DNA from: a virus
Lineage: Duplodnaviria > Caudoviricetes
Virus record (IMG/VR): IMGVR_UViG_2939311655_000001
Location: 1 to 64,000 of that record
DNA: 64,000 nucleotides
Strand: one strand, 5' to 3'
The notes under the pieces were generated by a model. It was not told the origin of the DNA, did no database searches, and worked only from the letters and a program-made list of their open reading frames with translations. Positions 52,482-60,470 of the stretch are shown piece by piece. The translations under genes and the position numbers were made by a program. Numbering within the stretch: the stretch's first letter is position 1; each line of letters opens with the position of its first letter.

Positions 52482-54545
52482 GAGAAGGCCAGCGGCGGCC
52501 TTCTCGACGTCGTCTCGGCGCCACCCTCGGAGGTAGGCCCCCTCGGGGCAGTCCGTGCGGTCGGACTTGACCCCGGGGGCGTGCTTGCGGAGCTTCGTCG
52601 ACAGGCTCGTCGCGTCCACGCCCTGAATGCCCGCGTCCGCGATGGCGGGGAGCAGCACCTCGTTGGTGGGCAGGAAGTCGCGCCCCGTCTCGTCGAACGC
52701 GCGCATAAGGGCGGCCACGAGGTAGGCATCGTCCACGCCGCCCTGCTGGGCGAAGGCGTCGAGCCGGTCGGCTAGGTTCACCCGCTGGCCACTGGCAGCG
52801 AGAGCGACTCCGGCCTTGAGGAGGGTCTCGGAGTCCATGGTGGTGATGCCGGCGGCGACGCGCGCGGGGACTGCCCCGGCGATCTGGTCGCGGGTGTACT
52901 TGGCGAACTGGTAGCGGATCGCCCGGTTGAACGGCCCGCCCATGATCATGGCTTGGCCTGCATCGTTCGCAACGGGGCCGACTGCGGGTTTCATGCGATC
53001 GGGGCGCCATCCTTCCTTTCCGGCCCCAGGACCAAAGGCGATCTTGACGTCTTCGAAGCGGCAGGCCATGAGGAGTCGGTAGGCAATGATCATCGCGACG
53101 GCGTCGCCGAGGGCATCAGCGGTCGCCTCCTGTCCGGCCATGATCAAGTAGATGCCGTACTGGCGACCGGTCCGCAAGATCTTGACCGCCAGCTCCTTAC
53201 CCTTGGGGCTGAGCTGAATGAACTCGTCGATGTTGATGTACAGGTTGGGGTGCTTCGCAGTGGCGTGCCACCGGTCGCCCATCTTCAGGCTGTCCATGAG
53301 GTTGCGGCGGGCGGACACGTAGGAGAGGGCCTCTTCAAGGGCCGCCTCGCACTCCTCGGGCGTTCGAGCCCGGCGGGACATGAGATCCCCAAACTCGGAC
53401 AGCCCGCCCTTGATGGGGTCAAGGTCCCAGACCGTGGCGTCCCGGCAGGCGGTCAACGCCTCGTTGATCGCCCGCAGCGCACCCAGCGTCTTCCCGGCAC
53501 CCATCGCCCCGATGATCAGGGCACAGAACCCGTCCAGGGTGATCTCGAACGGCGACCCGTCCATGGTCCGCCCCATAGCGACCACGTCGTGCACCGACAG
53601 GGACCGCGGCGCGTGAACCGCCGGGGTCGGCATGTCGGCGAACGGGTTGGACTGAACCAGGCGGGCGGTGATTCGGGACTTATCCGTCGTGTCGGGCTCC
53701 ATCATGAACCCGCCGTCAGGCAGCCCGAGGTCGGACTCCAAGTCGTCCGCCACAGCCATGACCTTGCCGGGAGTGGATCCCTTCAGGGTGACGTCGAGCT
53801 CCCACCCCCACCCCTTCGCGCCAACGATGGTGATCGCCCGGGTACCGATCCCCTGAGCGGCCAGGGCGCGGGACACGCATTCGATGACCTGCTCGCCGCC
53901 GACGCAGTACGACAGGGGGAACGGGTCGTCGGAGTCGAGGGCGTCCTGCTCGGCCACGACCTGGTCGGCCTCGATGCCGGGCGCGTTGAGCCGGTACCGC
54001 CCGTACAGGGCGGTGGCGGTGGCGGCAAGCAGCCCGGTCGTGGTGGGGGGTACAGCCCAGGAGTAGTCGAGGGCGGTCATTTCGGCACCGGCGACGAGCG
54101 CCCACCAGCCGGCCAGGTTGAGGGCGGCGGTGGTGATGGCGGAGTAGCCGAGGAACTTCCACCGGGAGTGGCGTTCCCGCTTGACGTAGTTCAGGTCCGC
54201 CTTCGAAGTGACACCGCCGATGTACTCCATGGTGTCGCGGCCGCGCACGTACCGGTATCCGAGGTAGCTCCCGGCTTTGAGCCCTGCCCAGAACCAGCCG
54301 CCGGCGACCACGGATCCGTAGGCGGTGAGTCCGACGGCCCGGCCGGTGACGGAGGCGACGACCATGGCCGCGGAACGGGTGTGTCGGATCACGGGGCGGC
54401 GGTCCGGGAACGGGAGGAGAACACCGGGGGCAATGTCGTCGTCGCCGTCCACGGCGGTCGGCTCGGCCGGGTGGATTACCTGCCCGGGGATGACCTTCTC
54501 GAAGCCGTGCGGGTTCGCCGCCTCGGTGGCGTAGTCGGTACTCAC
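52437..54545 (-). CDS. traB: FtsK/SpoIIIE-family conjugative DNA translocase (TraB-like)
   Basis: N-terminal TMs, Walker A GAMGAGKT, DPIKG, Walker B INIDE, RTGRQYGI...GQ, C-terminal winged helix ending RGW. Confidence 0.85.
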   Translation of the reverse strand: MSTDYATEAANPHGFEKVIPGQVIHPAEPTAVDGDDDIAPGVLLPFPDRRPVIRHTRSAAMVVASVTGRAVGLTAYGSVVAGGWFWAGLKAGSYLGYRYVRGRDTMEYIGGVTSKADLNYVKRERHSRWKFLGYSAITTAALNLAGWWALVAGAEMTALDYSWAVPPTTTGLLAATATALYGRYRLNAPGIEADQVVAEQDALDSDDPFPLSYCVGGEQVIECVSRALAAQGIGTRAITIVGAKGWGWELDVTLKGSTPGKVMAVADDLESDLGLPDGGFMMEPDTTDKSRITARLVQSNPFADMPTPAVHAPRSLSVHDVVAMGRTMDGSPFEITLDGFCALIIGAMGAGKTLGALRAINEALTACRDATVWDLDPIKGGLSEFGDLMSRRARTPEECEAALEEALSYVSARRNLMDSLKMGDRWHATAKHPNLYINIDEFIQLSPKGKELAVKILRTGRQYGIYLIMAGQEATADALGDAVAMIIAYRLLMACRFEDVKIAFGPGAGKEGWRPDRMKPAVGPVANDAGQAMIMGGPFNRAIRYQFAKYTRDQIAGAVPARVAAGITTMDSETLLKAGVALAASGQRVNLADRLDAFAQQGGVDDAYLVAALMRAFDETGRDFLPTNEVLLPAIADAGIQGVDATSLSTKLRKHAPGVKSDRTDCPEGAYLRGWRRDDVEKAAAGLLDPAETRQNLGKRAA

Positions 54546-54569
54546 GGGAGTGTTCCTTTCGTGCGACGG

Positions 54570-55919
54570 CTAGTCGGCGGACAGCTCGGTCTTGACGGCG
54601 TCGCGAAGGCGGACGGCGTATTCGTTGGACCCGCCGCCGATGACTTCTCGGACCTTGCGGGCGGACAGGCGGTCGATGTCGCCGAGGGCTTCGGCGAGTT
54701 TGCGGACCGCTGCGAGGTGGGTTGCTTCGAGGGGGCGCAGCGGTGTCTTTCCGGAGGTGCGGCCAGATGCCTGCTTCCCTTTACGCCCAAGGGGTCCAGG
54801 CCCCTTGGAGGCGTCCGGGCGGCGAGCCTTCGACCCTCCCCCCGCACCACCCTTCGGGCCGCCCTCTGGAGGCGCCTGGGACGGCCCGGCGTCGCCGCCG
54901 TCGGGGCGGAAGATTTCAGCGAGGAGCCGATCCACCGCTTCGCTCTCCGGGCTGCGATCGACGTCCGACAGGACCGCGTTGATTGCTGCGCGCGCATCCT
55001 CCCGGCCGGCCAGCGTGTCGGCCGTGGTGGCGAGCGGAAGGAGGTGGAGGTTGTCCCACGCCTGCTGCCACGCAGCCTCACGGGTGATGGCCCCGGTGGG
55101 GTGCGCAACGATGATCCGCTCGTACTCGGCGAACTCCAGCGGGAGAAGCTTCCGGCGGCGCTTGTCCTCCGCGTCATGAACCTTCTTCTGTGCCCGCCCC
55201 GCCTTGGCGGCCTTCTTCGCTGCCGCCTTCTCGGCGGCCCGCTGCTCCACACTTCGGGTGTCTGCTGCGGCGCGGCCCTCCAGGAAGTCCCGCACCTCGG
55301 CAAGCACCGGACCGATCACCGATGTTGCGGCGAGCGCCACGCCAGCGACGATCCCGTACTCGTCGACGCCGTGCGCCAGGTTGATGTACCCGGCGATCGA
55401 GGCGAGAGCGGCGGTGAGAATCCAGAACGGCCACCGCGGCAAACCCTTGCGGTGCGCCCACCTGGTGCCAAGCACGCCGACCCAGGCCAACAGCTCCAGG
55501 AAGAACGGGATCGGGCCGAGAAGCCATGCCCTGCCCGGGTCCTCCTCGCCCTTCTTGTGCAGGCCGAGGAAGTACGACAGCTGGGCGGGGAGTGCGGCCA
55601 GAAGTCCGAGGACGACAGCCACGTTGACGAGCCGCTTGAATCCGGCGCCATTGTCCGCGCTGGCTTCGCGGCGCCGCTGCTTCAGTTCGGCCTGCTCGTC
55701 CTTCGCGGACTCCTTGACCGCGTCGAGCTTCTTCTTGAGACCGGCCTGCTTGACCTGTTCGGCCAGGAGGTCGGTGGCGGTCTTAGCTGCGCCGGCTTCT
55801 GCTGCCTGGGCGCTGACTGAGCGGGCGGCGTCGGCTTCGGCGGCGATCCGTGCCGCTTCGGCACGGGTCTTGGCGGCCGCGGCCTCACGCTCCTCCCAGG
55901 AACGGTAGTCGGCACTCAT
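54570..55919 (-). CDS. Spd-like spread protein (coiled coil, 4 TM, C-terminal HTH; DUF2637-like)
   Basis: Four TMs with LPAQ/LE/INLAH, C-terminal SARKVREVIGGG; immediately upstream of traB. Confidence 0.7.
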   Translation of the reverse strand: MSADYRSWEEREAAAAKTRAEAARIAAEADAARSVSAQAAEAGAAKTATDLLAEQVKQAGLKKKLDAVKESAKDEQAELKQRRREASADNGAGFKRLVNVAVVLGLLAALPAQLSYFLGLHKKGEEDPGRAWLLGPIPFFLELLAWVGVLGTRWAHRKGLPRWPFWILTAALASIAGYINLAHGVDEYGIVAGVALAATSVIGPVLAEVRDFLEGRAAADTRSVEQRAAEKAAAKKAAKAGRAQKKVHDAEDKRRRKLLPLEFAEYERIIVAHPTGAITREAAWQQAWDNLHLLPLATTADTLAGREDARAAINAVLSDVDRSPESEAVDRLLAEIFRPDGGDAGPSQAPPEGGPKGGAGGGSKARRPDASKGPGPLGRKGKQASGRTSGKTPLRPLEATHLAAVRKLAEALGDIDRLSARKVREVIGGGSNEYAVRLRDAVKTELSAD

Positions 55920-55952
55920 GGGGTGTCCTTCCGGGACGGTGGGGGCGGTGGG

Positions 55953-56195
55953 TTAGGCGTTGGTGTCGGCGTCGATTCGCCGGTTGCCCGTCGCGACGAG
56001 GGCGGAGTTGAGGTATTCGAGGGCGTCGGCCTCGTCGATTCGGAGCCGGCTGCGGCCGAAGATGAGCGCTGCGAGATCGGCTGGCTCAACCTTGAGCTGC
56101 CCGGTGCTGGGGTCCCTGTCGGCTCGGGCGATGAGGTGGCAGGCCGCCCTCATGGCCGCGTTGTGGCGGTGTCGGGTGCGGATCTGCTTCAACAT
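55953..56195 (-). CDS. Hypothetical protein of the transfer operon
   Basis: MLKQIRTRH; in operon. Confidence 0.55.
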   Translation of the reverse strand: MLKQIRTRHRHNAAMRAACHLIARADRDPSTGQLKVEPADLAALIFGRSRLRIDEADALEYLNSALVATGNRRIDADTNA

Positions 56196-56211
56196 GGCGT
56201 GTCCATTCGGG

Positions 56212-56619
56212 TCAGGCGTGGGTGGGCTGGTTGTTGCGAAGCCAGGTTTCGACGTCGAGGGCGAGTCCGCCGTCGTCGTCCGGGTCATCGGGGTCTGCCT
56301 CGTCGTCGCCGTCGTCGGGGGCGCCGCCGCAGCACTGGCACTCGGCACCGGGCCAGATCCGCCCCGACTCCCACAGGCCGTGGGCGAGGGAGCCGACCAG
56401 GTCGAGGACCCAGCTCGGGCCGGCGAGGATCAGGGCCGGAGTCAGGGAGCCGGCGCCGAAGCCGGGGGCACCAGTGACTGCGAGCGCCGCGATGAGAGCA
56501 ATGAATCCGGCGGCCCGCCACTGGTGGTGGCTGCGGTTGAGCAGCGTCTCGCGCGGGTGACGGGCAAGGTCGGACCAGAGGCGGATCAGGTCGGCTACGG
56601 GTCGAGGCAGGCGCTTCAT
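56212..56619 (-). CDS. Membrane protein with acidic tail
   Basis: Two TMs, ECQCC, DDGDDEADPDD. Confidence 0.62.
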   Translation of the reverse strand: MKRLPRPVADLIRLWSDLARHPRETLLNRSHHQWRAAGFIALIAALAVTGAPGFGAGSLTPALILAGPSWVLDLVGSLAHGLWESGRIWPGAECQCCGGAPDDGDDEADPDDPDDDGGLALDVETWLRNNQPTHA

Positions 56620-56924
56620 CGGTGGCTCCCGGCGGTTGCGGTACGGCGTGCGCGGTGAAATTCGGCGACGAACTCGTCGGTGAGGCCGGATCCGACCGCC
56701 GCCCCGAACGGGGGAAGGCCTGTGTGCTGGGAGGCCCACAGTTCGAGCCAGGCGGCCCGGGTCGCCGCGTAGTTGATGAGCGGCCGGGCACAGCGAACGA
56801 TCAAAACTGCTGCGCCCAGCACGGTCATGACGGTCAGGGCGAGGATCCGCAGCACGCACACCCGCACACAGACAGCGGTGCGCCGGATACGGCCCGGCTT
56901 CGCAGTGATCAAGTACGGGTGCAC
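56616..56924 (-). CDS. Membrane hypothetical protein
   Basis: TM segment; GAGGAG RBS; ATGA-coupled. Confidence 0.6.
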   Translation of the reverse strand: MHPYLITAKPGRIRRTAVCVRVCVLRILALTVMTVLGAAVLIVRCARPLINYAATRAAWLELWASQHTGLPPFGAAVGSGLTDEFVAEFHRARRTATAGSHR

Positions 56925-56950
56925 GGTGCGACTCCTCTCGGGTTGACCGG

Positions 56951-57133
56951 TCAGCGGTTGCGGCGTGCGGCCTTTGCGGCCTTTGCGGCCTTCTTCGTGG
57001 TGACGACCCGATCGTGGGAGTCGAGGTACTCGGCACTGCCGGGGTCGGTGCTGTCGTTGTTGAACCGGGCGTTGTGCTGGGCCTGGGCCGCCTTCGCGGC
57101 GACGGCCTCGGGGCTGCGGTTACGTCCGAACAT
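56951..57133 (-). CDS. Small hypothetical protein
   Basis: MFGRNRSPE; GAGGAG RBS. Confidence 0.58.
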   Translation of the reverse strand: MFGRNRSPEAVAAKAAQAQHNARFNNDSTDPGSAEYLDSHDRVVTTKKAAKAAKAARRNR

Positions 57134-57162
57134 GGGGATCTCCTCGAAATTGGGTGATGGGG

Positions 57163-57543
57163 CTATCGGTTGACGACCGGCAGGTGGAGGTCGCGGTGCT
57201 GAACGGTGACGGTGTGTCCGTCGGTGGTGAGCTGGTCGGCGAGGGCCTGAGCGAACGTTGGTGCCCGGTGTCTGCCGCCAGCGCATCCGTCGGCGATGGC
57301 GATGGGCCCGGCACTGGGGCCAGCGGCGAACGCGTTCACAGCGGCAGCGGTTGCCGCGACCAGGTCGGTGATGCCCGGCGTCGCGAGCACCGCGGCTCGG
57401 ACAGGTTCGTCGTTCGCGGTCATGTGCCTGAGTTCCGGGCTGACGTGCGGGTCCCGGAAGTGGTGGCGAAGATCGATGACCAGGTGAGCGGCAGGCGGGG
57501 TGTTGTGGAGATAGCCGAACGAGGTGATCTCGACCTGGGCCAT
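57163..57543 (-). CDS. RapZ C-terminal-domain-only protein
   Basis: ITSFGYLH, DLR..FRDPH, IADGCAGGRHRA, VQHRD. Confidence 0.8.
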   Translation of the reverse strand: MAQVEITSFGYLHNTPPAAHLVIDLRHHFRDPHVSPELRHMTANDEPVRAAVLATPGITDLVAATAAAVNAFAAGPSAGPIAIADGCAGGRHRAPTFAQALADQLTTDGHTVTVQHRDLHLPVVNR

Positions 57544-57574
57544 CGCGGTGTGTCCTTCCGGGGTATCGAGTGGG

Positions 57575-57787
57575 TCAGGCGTGGCTGGGGGTCCAGGTGC
57601 CGTTGTCGAGGTCGTTGAGCTCGTCGATTGCCTCGTCTGCGGCCTGTCGCATGTTCTCGGCGAGCCGGTGCTGGCCGGCGGCCTGGAGGTCGCGCTGGGC
57701 GGTGCGGGAGTTCGTGATGTCGGCCTTGATCTCGGCGCGGGTCTGCTCGGCCGACTGGCTCTTGAAGAAGTGACGGGCGCTTGCCAT
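57575..57787 (-). CDS. Small helical protein
   Basis: MASARHFF; GAGGAG RBS. Confidence 0.62.
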   Translation of the reverse strand: MASARHFFKSQSAEQTRAEIKADITNSRTAQRDLQAAGQHRLAENMRQAADEAIDELNDLDNGTWTPSHA

Positions 57788-57873
57788 GGGACGCTCCTCG
57801 GTTCGGGCTCCTGTTGGTCCGGGCCTCGCCACCGCCACCAGCAGGTTGCTGGCAACGATGGGGCGGGCCGGGG

Positions 57874-58176
57874 TCAGGCGGCGGCGAACAGGTTGAGGGC
57901 GTCGAGGGTGTCGAGCTCGTCGACGAGGCGCGGCCCGAACGGCTGGGCGGCGTCCGCCTCCGCGGCCAGCTCCCGCAGCCACACCTGGATCCGGTAGTCA
58001 TCGCGGGCGGCGACGTACCGGGTGACGATCTCCGCCGGGGCGATGCCCTCCGCCTCCTGGTGGGCGAGGTCGATGTCGGCGATGAGGATGTCCCGGCCGG
58101 TGCTGCGGATCGTCGCGGAGATCGTGGCGAGGTCACCGGAGAACAGGGACGTGACGTTGGAGACGAACGGAGACAT
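57874..58176 (-). CDS. Hypothetical protein
   Basis: MSPFVSNV; good codon bias. Confidence 0.62.
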   Translation of the reverse strand: MSPFVSNVTSLFSGDLATISATIRSTGRDILIADIDLAHQEAEGIAPAEIVTRYVAARDDYRIQVWLRELAAEADAAQPFGPRLVDELDTLDALNLFAAA

Positions 58177-58280
58177 GGGGGTACCTATCTGTGAGTAAGG
58201 GGGTGAAGCGGAGGGGTGGAAAGCCGCGGTCACGGGGGCTACGGGGGAATGGGCTCCCCGTGACCGCGGCGGTCTGTGGG

Positions 58281-58421
58281 TTAGCGGCGGGTGCGGGCCT
58301 GCTGCCGGGCGGCAGCGGCGCGCACGTCGACGCCGTTCTCGTAGTCGCGTCGGCACGCCGCAGGGGTGGCCGGCTCGGCGACGATGGGGTTCTCGCGGGG
58401 GGTGGTCGGCTTCGCATCCAT
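58281..58421 (-). CDS. Small hypothetical protein (46 aa)
   Basis: Own translation MDAKPTTPRENPIVAEPATPAACRRDY... Confidence 0.5.
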   Translation of the reverse strand: MDAKPTTPRENPIVAEPATPAACRRDYENGVDVRAAAARQQARTRR

Positions 58422-58423
58422 GG

Positions 58424-58651
58424 CTACCAGTCCCCGAAGGTGCAGACGGGGCCGCACTCGCCGCGGGCGTGAGAGCTGCCGGGGGCAAAGTGGGCGTTGA
58501 TGCTGTCCCGGCGCTGCTCGTCCAGGCGAACGTCGTTCCGGATGTTCCAGCTGACAGGTGTCGCGCCGGCCTTGAGCTCGTCACAACGTGGGCAGCCGTC
58601 GACCTTCTTGCCGAAGTTCGGCTTGTGCGAGTGCCTGGTAGCCACGGTCAC
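58424..58651 (-). CDS. Small Cys/His protein
   Basis: GCPRCDEL...H...H..GECGPVCTFGDW. Confidence 0.62.
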   Translation of the reverse strand: MTVATRHSHKPNFGKKVDGCPRCDELKAGATPVSWNIRNDVRLDEQRRDSINAHFAPGSSHARGECGPVCTFGDW

Positions 58652-58827
58652 CACTCCCAGTCGGGCTGCTCGGCGTGCGCGGCAGCCTCTTCGAACGCGG
58701 TCCGGATGCTCACCCGGTACAGCGGCAGCGACTCCCAGTTCGGATTGGACGCGACCTGCGCCGCCACGAAACCGACCAGCTTCTCGGCGCGGCGCTCCTC
58801 CTTCAGAGCAAGCGCCTGGGCGATCAC
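58648..58827 (-). CDS. Small hypothetical protein
   Basis: GTGA-coupled on both sides. Confidence 0.55.
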   Translation of the reverse strand: MIAQALALKEERRAEKLVGFVAAQVASNPNWESLPLYRVSIRTAFEEAAAHAEQPDWEW

Positions 58828-59054
58828 CGGACACTCCCGGCGGTCAGCCGGTCGAGCTCGGCCTGCGCCTCGGCCAGCCGATCGACGTCGGCCGGCGTCA
58901 TCGAGCGGGCGTCCTTGCCGGACAGCTCGACGATGGTCTCCTGGCAGATCCGGGTGCGGACCGCGGTACGGCTGGTGCGGATGTAGGAGCCGGCCTCGTG
59001 GGCGGCGGTGTCGGCCGGAGTGAGCGTGGACGCCGGGGCGATCGAGGGGGTCAT
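58824..59054 (-). CDS. Hypothetical protein
   Basis: ATGA-coupled to the Xis-like gene. Confidence 0.6.
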   Translation of the reverse strand: MTPSIAPASTLTPADTAAHEAGSYIRTSRTAVRTRICQETIVELSGKDARSMTPADVDRLAEAQAELDRLTAGSVR

Positions 59055-59296
59055 GCCGCCACCTCGCTCGGGGTGATGACCGAGCCGGACAGGTAGGCGA
59101 CGACCGCGGACTCCGGGACCCGCAGACCGCGGGGGCGGATCTTGCCGGTTCCGTGCCGGTGACTCCGGAGGTCACCGCTGCGAACGAGGCGGTAAACGGC
59201 GGTCAGCGAGACATTCAGGGTCTCCGCGACCTCGGCCGCAGTGAGCCGCCTCTCGGTCTTCAGTTCCAGGGCCGGGGCGGGGGCGGTGTCACTCAT
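59051..59296 (-). CDS. Excisionase-like HTH (HTH_17) protein
   Basis: LTAAEVAETLNVSLTAVYRLVRSGDL...LRVPESAV. Confidence 0.82.
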   Translation of the reverse strand: MSDTAPAPALELKTERRLTAAEVAETLNVSLTAVYRLVRSGDLRSHRHGTGKIRPRGLRVPESAVVAYLSGSVITPSEVAA

Positions 59297-59340
59297 CGTT
59301 CTCCTTCCAGGCATGAGAGGTCTGTAGGCCCCGGATCCGG

Positions 59341-59404
59341 AACCTGTCTAGGACCAGTAGAGCAGCTTAGGCAGCTCTGAGCAAGCACTGGTCCTAGACA
59401 GGTT
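59341..59404. promoter_or_regulatory. Perfect 18-bp inverted repeat, probable Kor operators at the transfer-operon promoter
   Basis: AACCTGTCTAGGACCAGT (59341-59358) and ACTGGTCCTAGACAGGTT (59387-59404). Confidence 0.75.
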
Positions 59405-59420
59405 GTGGCGCCACAAGAAA

Positions 59421-59443
59421 GCCCCCGGCGATCAGCCGGGGGC
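59421..59443 (-). terminator. Terminator after the GntR gene
   Basis: GCCCCCGGC-GATCA-GCCGGGGGC followed by TTTCTT on the minus strand. Confidence 0.65.
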
Positions 59444-59463
59444 CTGTCAGGGAAGTGCGCAGC

Positions 59464-60216
59464 TCAGGAGGGGAACGTGTACACCAGGCGGTAGCTATCC
59501 GCGTCAAGCATCATCTCGTTGACCTCAACAGGTCGGTCCTCGGCGTCATAGGCGGTGCGAACAATCAGGATCACTGGAGTGCTCATCGTGATCCCGAGCG
59601 TCTTCGACTCACTCGGAAGCGGGAGTCGAACCTTGATCTCCTCGCGGTAGCGCGCCGGCCCGTGCCCGATCTCATCGAGTCGCGCATAGACGCCGCCCGG
59701 GCCAGTATTCGGCTCGGTGATCGCCGTGCCATCAGCCAGATCTGCGGGGTACCAGGCGGTCGACTGCTGCACCGGCCGCCTCTCGGCCTGGTAAACCCTG
59801 CTTCGACGCCAGACCTTCTGCCCCTTAACGCCCAGCGTGCCAGCGATGCCGTCCGGCGCGTCGACCTTGTCGATCTCAACATTCTCCTGGCGGTCCCTGC
59901 CATGGAGGTCGGAGTCCCAGACGGCTCGCCCTGCACCCCAATGCTTGCGAGACAACCGCTCTACAGCATCGCGGCCGATGCGGGAGAATGTGCGAAGGAA
60001 GACACCAGATCCGCCGCGGGACTCGATGAGGTCTTCGCCGCGCAGTATCTGCAACGCGTCCCGCACGGTGTTCCTTGCGGTGTCGAACTCTTCCGTCAGC
60101 GCGCGCTCGCTGGGCAGCTTGCCAGTGGCCGCGTAATCGCCAGCCTCGATCCGCGCGCGCAACTCATCCGCGATCTCGACGTAGCGCGGCTTCTTGCTCT
60201 GCGCTGGATCCTTCAA
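59464..60216 (-). CDS. GntR/HutC-family repressor (KorSA-like)
   Basis: YVEIADELR...KLPSE...TVRDAL..L...GSGVF wHTH plus UTRA domain (GPGGVYARL, RPVEV). Confidence 0.9.
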   Translation of the reverse strand: MKDPAQSKKPRYVEIADELRARIEAGDYAATGKLPSERALTEEFDTARNTVRDALQILRGEDLIESRGGSGVFLRTFSRIGRDAVERLSRKHWGAGRAVWDSDLHGRDRQENVEIDKVDAPDGIAGTLGVKGQKVWRRSRVYQAERRPVQQSTAWYPADLADGTAITEPNTGPGGVYARLDEIGHGPARYREEIKVRLPLPSESKTLGITMSTPVILIVRTAYDAEDRPVEVNEMMLDADSYRLVYTFPS

Positions 60217-60315
60217 GGCGTTCCTCCTCAGGTGGTTGGTGAATCAAATGTACCGGTCTACCTGGCGAGATCCCCTTGACCTGTACCGCCTGGCAGCAGT
60301 GACAACTCAGACCGC

Positions 60316-60344
60316 TTGACATTGGTCCTATACCAATGAACGAT
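60316..60344 (+). promoter_or_regulatory. Promoter with embedded Kor-like operator
   Basis: TTGACA at 60316 overlapped by near-palindrome ATTGGTCCTATACCAAT (60321-60337), similar to the 59341/59387 boxes. Confidence 0.55.
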
Positions 60345-60470
60345 GTGGTCTATAGCCAACCGAACGGATGGACGTTCATGGTCACAGCCAGGTCCGAGCG
60401 CACCGCGCTCTATCGCCAGCACGAGACCGACTACCAACCCGCAGGCAGCTCCAGAGGTGAGAGCCCTCCC

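Noticed and set aside
52437-54545. Host chromosomal ftsK or type VII secretion EccC
   Set aside because: Single ATPase domain, TraB-type C-terminus, adjacent clt-like repeats and Spd/Kor context
52953-55820. 955-aa + strand ORF
   Set aside because: Antisense shadow of traB and the spd-like gene caused by high GC3; no motifs
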